NCBI RefSeq assembly: GCF_035084215.1
Contig: NC_090343.1
Span: 33,604,001-33,668,000, forward strand
Reading direction: 5' to 3'
Length of the DNA: 64,000 bases
DNA from: Heptranchias perlo
Taxonomy: Eukaryota
Position 1 is the stretch's first letter, and each line of letters opens with the position of its first letter. Position numbers and translations under genes: made by a program. A model generated the notes under the pieces. That model did not search any database. It saw only the letters and a program-made list of their open reading frames with translations, and was not told the origin of the DNA. Positions 50,873 through 62,699 of the stretch are shown here, one piece after another.

Positions 50873-53005
50873 GGGGGTTAAATTGGTTAACCCCCGAATC
50901 CGGGCGCGGGCATCATAGGGCTCGATGTTACCAGGCCTGCGGGTTTCCGGCGGGTTGGGTTTCGGGAGCGTGGCCAACATGCTCGGTGAAATTAGTGGGT
51001 TGCCCGTGCGATCGTGGCAGGCAATTCACTAATAGGAATCAATTACCTGCTCCTCCGGGGTCCACGCTGCTGGCCTGCGCGTCGGGCGGGCTGCGCATGC
51101 GCAGTACGATCTGTCAGCTGGAGGCTCTCTAGTTAAAGGGGCAGTCCTCCACTGACAGATGCTGCAACCAATGGAACAAATTTCAGCATGGAGCAGCCCA
51201 GGGGGAAGGCTGCTCCCAGTTTAATGATGCCTCACCCCAGGTATCATCAGATGGGGTGAGGAGGAGGGCGAAGACAGAGATCTTCCACCCGGCGGGTGGG
51301 AGGAAGCAGCCAGCCTCTGCCACCAAGAAGGCCTGGCCCGAGGTGGCAGAGGGGGTCACCTGCGCAACCAACATATCGCCCACCTGCATACAGTGCAGGA
51401 GGCGCTGCAATGACCTCAGTAGGTCAGCCACAGTGAGATCACAAAGTCTTTCCCCTACACTCCATCTGCCACAACACTGCCCCAACCCCACATCTCCTTT
51501 GGCACCGCCAACACTACTCTGTCACATCACCCCTCATACCCACTCAAACCCCATCCTCATCTTACCTCCACCTACTCACCTCGCCAGTACTCATCCTGCC
51601 ACTAACACGCGACCCAATCCTCATACAATCTCATGGCTCTATCCCATACTCACCCTCTCGTGCATCTCCCTCACGGCCAGCCTCACTCAACCTGCCACCA
51701 CCTGTGCTGCAGCCACAGGGCATGCATCACATATGTGCAGTAGGCAGCGTAAGGCAAATGTTTCGTGAGCATGAAGGGGGTGCACAAGGGTGTCGGAGGG
51801 TTTGCCATGGGTGTTACCTATATTGAATTTCAGAGCTACAAACAGCACACATTATATTGGCACCACCACTGCCATGTCTCCGCGCATCCTGTCTGTTGTG
51901 TCCAATAATGCCCGCTCCTGGGTATCACTATGAGGACCCACCACTGATGCCACCCATCGTGTTACTGCAGAGTAGGTGCAGGTGTATTTGCAGGGCTCTT
52001 CCGCGCAGACCACTGAGAGACATCGGCGGTGTAGCCGGCTGCACCCTGGAAGGATGCGGAGGAGAAGTTGTGGAGGGCAGTGGTGACTTTGGCAGCGACA
52101 GGTAAGCACTTGGTGCTGGGGCCAGCCAGGAGCAGCTCGGCATGAAAGAGCCTGCAGATCTCCATGACTACATGTCGAGCGAATCTGCGCCTCCGTGTGC
52201 ACTGCTGCTCGGAGAGGTCCGGGGAGCTTCGCCTCGGTCTGTGGACCATGTGGCGAGGGTAGTGCCCTCTGCGATGCGTCTCTCTCTGCGGTAGCCCTCC
52301 CTCCTGCTGTGCAGGTGGGCGTGCAACAACACCGTGTTGGGGGCTCCACGTCTCTGCGGCGGACCGCGTGGACTGCGAGGCTACTGGGGCTGGTCATGCT
52401 GTTCGTCCTCCGAGGGTGTCCACGCACCACCCATCTGGCAGGTGTTGGTCTGAGGGGTTGTGCAGGGTAGGTGGGTGGTTCCTCGGACTGGGGCTGCGGT
52501 TTCGTGTCGGTCTCTCCTCTGGCGTGGTGGGGGGCAGGGGTTGCCCTATGTGACGCGGTGGCCTCCTGCGTGGGTGAGGGCTCTCCCTCGTGGAGTGCAC
52601 CTTGGCAGCTGCCACAGGCTGCTGGCTGCAACACGCCTGGTTGGAGACAGACTGTTTCCCCCAGTGTGTGAAACAATCTGCGATGAAGGTAAAATCCCAC
52701 ACTTCCTCTTTTGGCAGCTGATTCAGCTCATTAACTGACCTCAACAAGCAAGGTAAGTACTCTCAAGTGGAACCCCGCTGGCTTTAATTGCCTGCAGGAT
52801 TCCCACCAGCGGGGGCCACGCACGCAGCCCCGCACGTCATCGGGGAACCCGGAAGTGGTCGGGATCGCGGCGCGATCCGGTCACATGACCTCATATCGGG
52901 ATTTTCGGGGCCCCCCCGCTGGAAACCCGCAGGAAACCCGACCCTAAAATCGAGTCCATAGTGTGTGATTAACCCGCGCCTGGTGCTTCCGATGCAGGCA
53001 GCAGC
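50873..53005. mobile_element. Left-end fragment of Harbinger family A interrupted by Harbinger family B
   Basis: 50873-50917 joined to 52961-53005 matches the left end of the 32510 element (GGGGTTAAATTGG..GATTAAC.CGCGC..CGATGCAGGCAGC). Confidence 0.75.
50918..52957. mobile_element. Harbinger family B deletion derivative (Myb exon + strand from 51188, transposase N-terminus - strand 51962-52249)
   Basis: TIRs GGGCTCGATGTTA / TAAAATCGAGTCC; TSD ATA; AKVTTALHNFSSASFQ present but no DDE core. Confidence 0.85.
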
Positions 53006-54020
53006 CAGGCCTGTCTGTGTTGTTCTCACCAGCTTCTCACTTCTACGTGTTGACTGAATGTGGTTGGTTGTAGCTGAAATTTAGAAAATCACATTGGACT
53101 AATACAACTGGAAATTCTGCGTCATTTTCATATTTAATAGAATTTTTGAGACCCAGGATGTGGACTTAAGATAATTTTCTGCTAATGTTCTGGAGTAAGA
53201 CTGTCAAAGTTTCATTGTCAAACTATATTGTTGTATAGTCCAAACATGGAGCATGGGCCAACTAGAGTGGTACAATCCTTCTGAAAATGGAGTAAGGACA
53301 GCCTCCAGTTGTGAAAGGTCCAACTGGGCTTACCCATGTCACAACTGCAAGGAGAATGTTTTGTTCACAAGTAAACCTTTTTTTAAGTCTCATTCTAAAA
53401 CGATTTAACTAATTTTTTTCTACCACCCTCCCCTTGGCTCTGTGCTGAGAACAAAAACTGTTTACTAAATGGGTGTCTCTGTTTTCAATGTGCTAAACTT
53501 CTTGAAGGACTGTACAAGATTGTAATTGCTGTACATTAGCAGTCGGCCTGCTGTCAGTTATTTATTGCATTATGCAAGTGAGCGTTTTCCTCTCCATCAA
53601 TTTTCTGCTTTTAGAAGCACCTGACCTGCCAAGTGTCACTCGTGTCGAGTGGCAAGTGCACGTTTTGGTTTTATACTGCAATAAATTGTCATTTAAAAAT
53701 ATGTCATTTAAAATAAATACAGCTTCAAATGTTTAAATAATTTTGTAATCTGTATAACTATTGCTGATCATAAATGTCATTCCAAACATTTGCTGATGTT
53801 AACAATTCTGTTACCTCTGGTCTCCTGAGGTGGTGATTCAATTCTATGGGTTTTGGCTGCTCTCCAGGTCCTACAGCCCAGGTCTCATTCTTTATTCATG
53901 AGCCTAGACTGTGAGTGTCAACTGGTTTCTTAGTTGTGGGGGCTGTGTCACGTTTAAGGATTTTAAAGATTGTAAACAATTTTACAACACCAAGTTATAG
54001 TCCAGCAATTTTATTTTAAA

Positions 54021-54059
54021 TTCACAAGCTTTCGGAGGCTTCCTCCTTCCTCAGGTAAA
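54021..54059 (-). ncRNA. Minimal hammerhead ribozyme motif
   Basis: Reverse complement of 54263-54301. Confidence 0.75.
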
Positions 54060-54262
54060 TGTTCAGGAGCTCCTCGAAGCCTACGCATTTATACATATAG
54101 AACAATACATGGTGTTTACAGAATGCCCCTGCAACTGCCCGTTGCCAAGGCAATCACCGTGTTCAGACAGAGAGGTGCCACGGGCAGTTGCAGGGGCATT
54201 CTGTAAACACCATGTATTGTTCTATATGTATAAATGCGTAGGCATCAAGGAGCTCCTGAACA

Positions 54263-54301
54263 TTTACCTGAGGAAGGAGGAAGCCTCCGAAAGCTTGTGA
54301 A
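54263..54301 (+). ncRNA. Minimal hammerhead ribozyme motif
   Basis: TTTAC-CTGAGGA-A-GGAGG(AAG)CCTCC-GAAA-GCTT-GTGAA (G-U pair in stem I). Confidence 0.75.
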
Positions 54302-56779
54302 TTTAAAATAAAATTGCTGGACTATAACTTGGTGTTGTAAAATTGTTTACAATTGTCAACCCCAGTCCATCACCGGCATCTCCACATCACGATTTTAAAG
54401 ATCACTTAGAGAAAAAATTTGGAAAAGAGTTACATTTAGATGTTTGGTTTAAAAGTAAAGTGTATTCACACAAGTTTTTTAAAAAAGCACTGAGATGAAA
54501 GATAGTTAAAATGCTAATGAATTCAGCAGTGAAGTTGTTTCCCAAAGACAGAAAACAATAAGCAATTCCTTAGCTTGGGTCAGTAATCGACAAATACTTC
54601 ACACTAATTGTATTGGAAAGCAAAAGCATAACCCTCCCTTCTGGTTGTGGACACAGGGAGATAAGAAATTGGAAGAAACACATACTGACAGTCTTTTTTT
54701 TAAACAGTGAGCTGTCACCAAACTCGGAAGGTAATAATGCAGAAGTTATTTAGTTTATGTCAAGCAAGGTGAGGTGGGAAAGCGTAGTGGGCTCATTATT
54801 TTATATTATTACGTGAAGACAACTTGTACTGATTACAATGAATCCAATGACAACTGTTGCTCTGTACGTTCATTTGCTGACTATGATATAAAGCAGCTTA
54901 ATGATTCGTATTTGGCCTTATTTTACCAAGTGATTTCTCAGTCTGCCTTAGAAAAGATTGAAGAGATGCAAAAGACACAATATCCAGTTCAGATGATAAG
55001 GGGTTTCTATTGTTCCACTCCTGGATTACTCTTATCATATGGTTAGGCATTGGGCAGCATGGGCCCACTCCTAAATGCACGATGCTCAGAACACTTGTGC
55101 AAATAATCAGCACCGCTGTACCTGAGGGAATACGTAAGGTAAGACCTGAATTTGTAACAGACTATTATGGATGAGCCCAATCCTATTTTTCACTAATATT
55201 CACACACTTAGGACACTAATAGGGGTCAATAGATAACAATCAGGAGAGATAAATTCAGCTGATGTATTTCCCCCTCCCTAGCTCAGGAACTTTGAGGCTA
55301 CCTGTAGCAGCTTCCACACCATTACTGCTCAGCTGAAGGATTGAATCTAGAACACTCCCTGGTCTTCACATCATATGGTATTTTTACCAGGTTTGATCCT
55401 GGACTGTATGATGTTACAGTGAAAGTTCTACAATTTGAATTGACATCACTGCGGTGGGAGAGGGGATATTATATTATTGGCCAAGATGCTTGCTTCTAAT
55501 TTCTATTTGGTGAATGTGCACATGAGCATTGGATGATGACTCAATCAGCTTTGATGGCTCCTGTGGTTAACTGACTCGTTTGCTAGTGTAAGTTCACACA
55601 TGGAGAATAGTATTTAAGTGATGTACTAAAGGATTACTGCAGCCCATAGAACCTTGTGTCAGTGTAAGTCATTACCCTTAGGAAAAGATGGTTATAGTGA
55701 TTAAAATTGGGGGAGGAAGGAAAAATTGATTTTATACACTGGGAGCATTCTTCAGTGAATATTGTGGTTTACTCTTAGTCTTCTCAAAATGATTTTGGAT
55801 ATATCTATGGATATAAAACTAACAGTATGATGAATGTTTAAAGATCGATACGGGAGGAACTCAGTATGTCACCAGTTCCACGCTTGCTGTCACCTGCATC
55901 CCGTTAAAATAAATGACAGGTTGGGCAAACTTCAAAGCAATGCCAGTGAAAGTATTGTATTTTGTTTAGCAATATATAAAGAGTCCTAGTAAGAAAAGAA
56001 AAATATTCTATTTTTCTTTATCAAGATTTAATTAAAATGACTACTGTATTTGTCTCAATTGTTTAAAATAATGGCTCCTTTATAACACATTGAAGTACAT
56101 GTGTTGGTTTCTAATAATTTATCCTTAGAACCATTCTTATGGGTTTCCCTGCTCATAATCAAGGGAATTCCCTCAGTATTTGTCATGCTAGAATGCTCTG
56201 GTCTTGTATTTCTGCATCTGGTTCAGAAATAACGAGAAATGTTCTTGCAAAAGTGTAGAATAAATAATTGACCACCAAACATAATAAATTCAATTTTGTG
56301 AGCTTATGCTTCCTGTGTGGAACTTCACTTGACAGGAGTGTGAATTGGAGAACTGGCTGCGGGGGTCACAATGCCCGATATTCTAGTGATTAATTTTTAC
56401 TAAAATTAAAGTTTATCCTTAGATGTCATCAAGAACTTGCTAATTATTACATGGGGTTGGTAAGTTCCTCCTAACTATATATACTTGTTGAAGGTATTGT
56501 CAAATTTCAGGTGAAACTCTACAATGAGATTTGATGCATGCTAACCCCAGAATTATGCATTTAAAATTCTTGACATTTGCATTCTTATAAAGAGGCCAAT
56601 GCCCTAGACTGCTGCAACTTTTGGAGTGAACCACCCTCCAGTGGCTTCTCCATGCAGCCGCACAGCACCACATCTTTCTCCCTGTCCCTTTGACGGACAT
56701 CCAAGATGCAGCCATACTGTTCCAAAAACATTATTGCCTCAATTAGGAATGATGTCTACACAACGTGTATGAGCATACG

Positions 56780-57355
56780 AAAAATGACAGACAGGAAAAG
56801 ACCTACTGATCCATCTAGCCTGTCCCATAGTTATGGTGCCTTATGCATCACAATACAGACACTCCCCACTCCATCACGTAATCTCCTGGGAGAGGTGAAA
56901 AACCACATAAAAACCCAGACCAATTAGGGGGAAAAAATCTGGAAAATTCCTCTCCAACCCCCCTTAGGCAATTGAAACTAGTCAAGGAGACCATCCCGGC
57001 CCTGATTAATGTTACCTCTTGTACGAGGTGCTCTCCACCCCAGCCAGAAACGGCTCCCACTCTCGCTTGAAGTAATTCAGCGAATCAGCTTTCACCACAT
57101 GAGCCAGCAAACTGTTCCACAGGTCCACTGTTCTCTGGGAAAAGAAGAACTTCCTGACGTATAACCTGGTTCTGCCCTTCCATAACTTACAAGAACCTGC
57201 TCCTCCCCAACCTATTCTGTTGAAATAATTGGTCTACACAGACATGCTCTAATCCCTTCATTATCTTATAAACCTCGATCAAATCACCCCTAAGTCTATA
57301 CTTCTCCAAAGTATAGTTCCTTGAGCCTATCTGGGTAACTAAGATGCTTTAAACT
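56780..57355 (-). mobile_element. Old CR1 3' fragment
   Basis: GTTCCACAGGTCCACTGTTCTCTGGGAAAAGAAG and CCTCGATCAAATCACCCCT (RGDLIE, reverse). Confidence 0.65.
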
Positions 57356-57729
57356 CTCTGTATACATATCTACATTGTAACTTTCTCTGGGCTTTAGCTC
57401 GCCCTGCACTGACAACAATCTCTAACATTTTCAACATACTTCATAAGTAATATGCTAATGGACAGCCCACTTGCATTGCTCAATTTGTACTTTGGAGTAT
57501 TGTTTCATACTATCACATAAAGTTAGCTGATGTTTTGAGCAACAGTAATTTTAAATTCTTCTCAGCTTATGATTGTAGTTGATTAAGTCTAAGGGAAAAT
57601 TATATTTATGTCAGGTTGATGTGGACATATTCAAATTGAGAATGCATGTGACAGGTGAAGTCTGGATATATCTACGACACTCTGCTGACTGATTATTAAC
57701 AGGATCTTTGTTCATATCTTTATTTGCAG

Positions 57730-58274
57730 TAGACACAGTGGCAGATGTTAAACAGGACAGTGGGACCTTCATACCACAGAAGACAATAGAGATGAACTGC
57801 AATACTAATGCAGAGGAAAAAGAACTTGAGAAATCTGCCAAGGCAGCTTCTAAATCTAGATTTTCCATGTCTTTTTCTCGCTCTGTACCAGGGCGTACTA
57901 ATGGCCTCTCCACAGAGCCAATATCTGGGACGGCTAAGCTCCAAACCAATCAAGAGAGCGCCTCGGTAAACACAGCATCAGTTGATAAAGTGAATCTTCA
58001 AGAATCCTCCTCACAAAAGGGGAGCTCCGCTCAAAAGCATCAGCAGCTTTCCACTGAATCATCAGATGCAGCAGAACCCCCTGAAAAAGAAACAGAACAA
58101 CCAAAGCAAAAAGAAGTAAGCTTTTTTGACAAACTGTTCAAACAGGGAGAAAAGGGCAAACTACAAAATGAGAACCAGGGAGATCTGAAGTCTGCTGAAA
58201 GTCAAGACCCAGCTGCTGCTGATAAAGAAGCTACAGAACTTATACACAGGCTGGATAGCGTGCAACAATACTTG
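57730..58274 (+). CDS. BCAS1: BCAS1 third (large) coding exon
   Basis: ttgcag| acceptor phase 1, TTG|gtgagt donor phase 0, 545 nt open; AASKSRFSMSFSRSVPGRT and KQKEVSFFDKLFK match human BCAS1 AAKSRFFLMLSRPVPGRT and KPKDSSFFDKFFK as recalled. Confidence 0.9.
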
Positions 58275-58399
58275 GTGAGTACTCCCTGCTTTCATCCAAT
58301 CAATTCAGCATCTCCAACTGGAACTAAGGAAAGTTTAAAATTGTTTAAAAGTATCTTTTTCCAGACATTTTTTTAAAAGTTATGGAATTAAAACATATA

Positions 58400-59116
58400 G
58401 GGGTAGAAATTCGGGTGTGCCCATTTTTGGGTGCGTTGAGGGGGGCGCAGATAAAATCCCTGCACCTGAATGGTGAGGCCCAAGGTGCCTCCAATATTGG
58501 GCAAGCCGGTTTGGCGCAGTCAGCCAGCGAAGAGTAAACGAAGATTGTGCTGCTGCTATAGTTGCAGCAGCCCTCAGGTAAGTGGGGGTCAGGAGATAGG
58601 AGGCTGAGGAGGGGGATCGGAGGATGAGGGTCAGGAGATAGGAGGTGGGGATGTGGATCGGAGGCCCAGGAGGGGCGAGCGCCGGCGATTGGTGGGGGGG
58701 GGGGGGGAGGGTGGGAGCGGCGGCCCATGATCTTTAAATATTGGGTTGGGTGAAGCACTCCTGGTCCTCCTGGTTCCACATTCAAGTACATTTTTAAAAC
58801 TTACGTTTTTAATAGCAGGTGTCCCAAGGTTTGGTTTTACTGAGTGTAGCCGGCTCTGGCTTGGGCTGCCTCAGGGCAAACTAATCTTGCAGTGGGGGCC
58901 ACAGACAGGCATTAGGCCCCTTATTTGCCTATACAAAAAGGGCTATTGCCTGTTTCAGGTGTGGGCACTGTATGACAAGTTTTATTCCTTTCCCAATTTG
59001 GCGGATGGTGCACTTCTGGCCAGAAATGTGTGCACATTCCCTGCCCGCCTTATTGGGGGCTTAGCAGTTCGGTTAGTGCCCGAAAACACAGCGCTGCCTA
59101 GCCAAATTTGTAGGCC
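58400..59116. mobile_element. Harbinger-type MITE
   Basis: TIRs GGGGTAGAAATTCGG / CCAAATTTGTAGGCC; flanks ATA/ATT. Confidence 0.65.
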
Positions 59117-60161
59117 ATTTTGTTTGTTGGCTTAGTGGGTAAATGTTCTGTATTGTTCAGGAAAGTCCCAGGTTCACTTGTTTGTCTCAAATGATTTAGC
59201 CGATCTCCGTCAAGGTAAAGGTAGGGGTACCATAATGGTAGGTTCAGCTCCCCTGGGCTAGATAGGAAAAACAACCACCAGTGTTCCTGATCCTGATCAT
59301 AGTTCAGCAACTCCTATTAGAAAGTGCATATGTCTGGAATTCTACTGAAACTAAGATTGGACTCGGCTGTGATGGCCCCCAAGTTAAGAAGCCATCTGAC
59401 ACTGACTATGCTCATAGGTCAAGATTAGCCATTTTGCTGTGGTTGTCGAGGATGGTGAGTATCTACGGAATCATTCCCCAGTGTGAGTCAACACCTTCTG
59501 GAGAGGAGAAAAGAAAGCTGAAGGATGATAAAAATAAAAATACAAAATTATCATCCTGTTAATAACAAATTACCCCAGTGCTAGGTACTTGTAATCTTTT
59601 TGATCATTCTATATTTTCTTTCTCTTTATTTCTTCCATCGTTCTAACCCAAATGGTAAATTTGTCTGTTCTTATTGTACAAATATACAATATGTTAATTC
59701 AAACCTTTACTAAGTGTCATTTGGGTGAAAGTCATTGACTGTGATGAACTTCTGTACTGCCACAGTACAAATATTAACTCTAGTAATCCACACTGACAGC
59801 TGAGGAAATGATGATTTTTCATGTGCCTCTGGAGCAAGTTTAGTTTGTGCAGTATTTTAAAACAACATTGTTACACCTTGCATCAACTGCGCTGATGCAG
59901 ACTAAAAATATTTTGAACATAAATTAGAGCTTATTAGATAAAATAAATCCAAAGTAAATTACTGACTTAAATACACAGTTTCAAATGCATTCTCAGTAAC
60001 TTTCCGAGGATTACATTAGTTTTTTTTGCACCAAAATTGATAAAATATGCTCTCTTCGTGTTATTCAGATAATAGTGTGAATTTAGAAATTTTTAGTGGT
60101 TCTCTACCCATCCTAATTTAGACTTTATCGTACACAATGTGAGAAATTTGAATAAATGGCA

Positions 60162-60225
60162 CATTTGAAACTGTGTATTTAAGTCAGTAATTTACTTTGG
60201 ATTTATTTTATCTAATAAGCTCTAA
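60162..60225 (-). repeat. Perfect 64-bp inverted copy of 59924-59987 flanked by a 12-bp direct repeat
   Basis: Exact reverse complement; TAAATGGCACAT at 60153-60164 and 60223-60234. Confidence 0.95.
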
Positions 60226-60760
60226 ATGGCACATGACTAAGGACCTTTAAAGTGTGTTTTTATTGCCAGGATTTTATTCCTGGTATAAAAAACCAAGAGA
60301 AAATCAGGGGGGAGAACTTAGACCCCAAAAGTTCAGGGTAAATTTGGCAAAAAAATATTTTTATTTAACATTACTAAATCTCAAGAAAACGAGCAAGAAA
60401 TTAACACCGCACAGTTAACCTAAATGACAATTGACAATTGTTTACATAGTTCACAGACACCACTTTTAAGGGCTTAAATAGAAGTTCCAAAAGTAATGAA
60501 AAATATTTCCAATATCCCAAAATACTGTCAAGCTATTTCAACAATAAAACACATTTATGAATTTTGAGAATGCACAGTATGCTGCAAAATGTTGACTGCT
60601 AAAATGCAGGTTTATGTAGCACATCACCATCATAGTACGATGAAGCACTAATATTTTTAAAGTCTGACTGAAATATGAAGTAGTGATGCTAACATTTAAT
60701 TTTGCTGTGAACAGTTATTATGGTCATCGTATACTGTGTGTCTGTTTTGTTCGTAACAAT

Positions 60761-61516
60761 GGGCCAGAATTTGCTGTCGAAATAATTACAAGGCTAATGG
60801 TATCACCGTTCTTTATGGGTAAATGGCACAGCAACTTCAGACGAGGGGCAAATGCGCAGTTAAATGTAAATATCCAAAAGTTGCTGCCAAGATATGCACT
60901 CCGCTGTTAGCTTCGCGAAAATGGCATCTCGCCCTTAGCCTCCCTGTTTTTTTTTTAGGAACTTACTGTATTTGCCCATTAAACTCACCACAGAAAGTTA
61001 AGTCTGGTTATTACAAGCGTAAGTACCTTTTAACGATGTGATAAGTATTAATGATTGCCAACCAACCTCTCTGGCACCAAAAATTAACTATTACAAGTGT
61101 GGAGTCTCATTCCTTCGGATTTTGAATTTTTCAGGGAGATTTTAAGAACATCAAATTTTAAATTGTCTTTTATTTCTTGCTTTTCATTTCTGTCCCTTTT
61201 TTCTCCCTCTCTTATTCCAATCTTTCTTTCCCTCTCTTTATTTCTCTTTCTGTAACTGATCTGACATTGAATTCACCCTCCTCCTCAGTCCTTCCTGTGA
61301 TTATTTCCCAATCCTTGAATCTCATTGGTGAAGGAGATACCCTGTTGGTTGCTCTGTTCACTCAGGTCCCACATCCCCTGTTTCTCTCGCTGCACCGTTA
61401 TCAGCTCACACTTTCAGCAACTTTGTGGGTAAATTTTTTTTGAGCTGGAGGATGCAGGGGCAAGACTAATTAATGGCAGATGCTGTTAGATGCCCTGCTA
61501 CAGCAAATTCTGGCCC
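60761..61516. mobile_element. Harbinger-type MITE
   Basis: Perfect 17-bp TIR GGGCCAGAATTTGCTGT; flanks AAT/ATT. Confidence 0.85.
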
Positions 61517-61551
61517 ATTGCTGTAATCATTTTCAAGGCTTTTCAACATGT

Positions 61552-61763
61552 GCCCTGACATTATAGATGCAATACGCCCTGACATTATAGATGCAATACA
61601 CCCTGACAATATAGATGCAATACGCCCTGACATTATAGATGCAATACGCCCTGACAATATAGATGCAATACGCCCTGACATTATAGATGCAATACGCCCT
61701 GACATTATAGATGCAATACGCCCTGACATTATAGATGCAATACGCCCTGACATTATAGATGCA
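61552..61763. repeat. 24-bp minisatellite GCCCTGACATTATAGATGCAATAC, ~8.8 copies
   Basis: Near-identical tandem units. Confidence 0.95.
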
Positions 61764-62067
61764 TTTGCAGAACAATTCAGTCTATTCAGTCAGTTAGAAA
61801 TTACCACCATTTTGAGATAGACCAAGCGGATCCAGTATTTATTGCGTGAGGCCACCTATTTCCCTTCCCACTAAATTACCAAGGATAGAACAGATGCATC
61901 ACTACTATGAAGCTGAATATTGTTCCACCCCCAGCATGCGCATATATGTACATTCTATACTACCAGTGATCATTTTCTTAACCAGCAGTGAGTGGTAAGG
62001 AAATGTACAGCAGGATATGCAAAATGTGTTATCATATACCAGTATCGTGTACCACATTGCTAGAGGT

Positions 62068-62330
62068 AGAATCATAGAATGTTAAGACACAGAAACAAGT
62101 CATTCAGCTCATCAAGTCTATGCCAGTGTTTTTCCCCACAAGAGCCACCTACTTTAATTCCACTCTCCCGCTTGCTTTCAGTATCTTTTAAAATTCTTCT
62201 TTATCTAATTCCTTTATAAAAGAACTTATGGGCTTTGCTTTAATAACTGTTGTTGGTTGAAAGTTCCAAATTTCTAAACAATCTCTGTGTAAAGAAATTT
62301 TTGCTAACTTTTTCTTTAATTCTGTTGGTA
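62068..62330 (-). mobile_element. Old CR1 3' end
   Basis: AGAATCATAGAATG..CATTCAGCTCATC tail pattern as at 17450. Confidence 0.55.
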
Positions 62331-62699
62331 ATTAACTGTAAATTTCTAATGTTGAAAATCATAAGTATTATCAAAGAACAATCCCTGAAGCACAAACAAG
62401 GCCTCACTCTCATAGTATTCTTAAAAGCCAGTGAAGACTTGTAATATGTTTAATAGCTGTAATTCTGATACAGAAATAGTACTACATTTCTGAGCAATTA
62501 ATTTTACAGCTCTGTAGATTCTGTGAAAATATTTTAACTGACATATCATTTTAAACCCAATTCAGACACATAACAACATTATCATTTTGCAACTAAAACT
62601 AACATGATCTTCACCATAATATTCTGAATAGGAAGCCAATGTAGCCAAACTAGGGTGGAGCCTTGAGAAATTTAAGGTAATCTACGTCCAAATGACAAT

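Larger units (their letters stand above)
53971..54390. mobile_element. Penelope-like element fold-back mini-insertion
   Basis: ~172-bp inverted arms around a 37-nt loop (54143-54179) plus tail; TSD GATTTTAAAGAT at 53959-53970 and 54391-54402. Confidence 0.9.

Noticed and set aside
54708-54730. Micro-exon candidate (aaacag|...GAAG|gtaata)
   Set aside because: 23 nt, breaks the BCAS1 frame; no other support.
57708-58376. 222-aa ORF as a stand-alone gene
   Set aside because: TTG start and both ends are intronic; splice sites delimit an internal BCAS1 exon.
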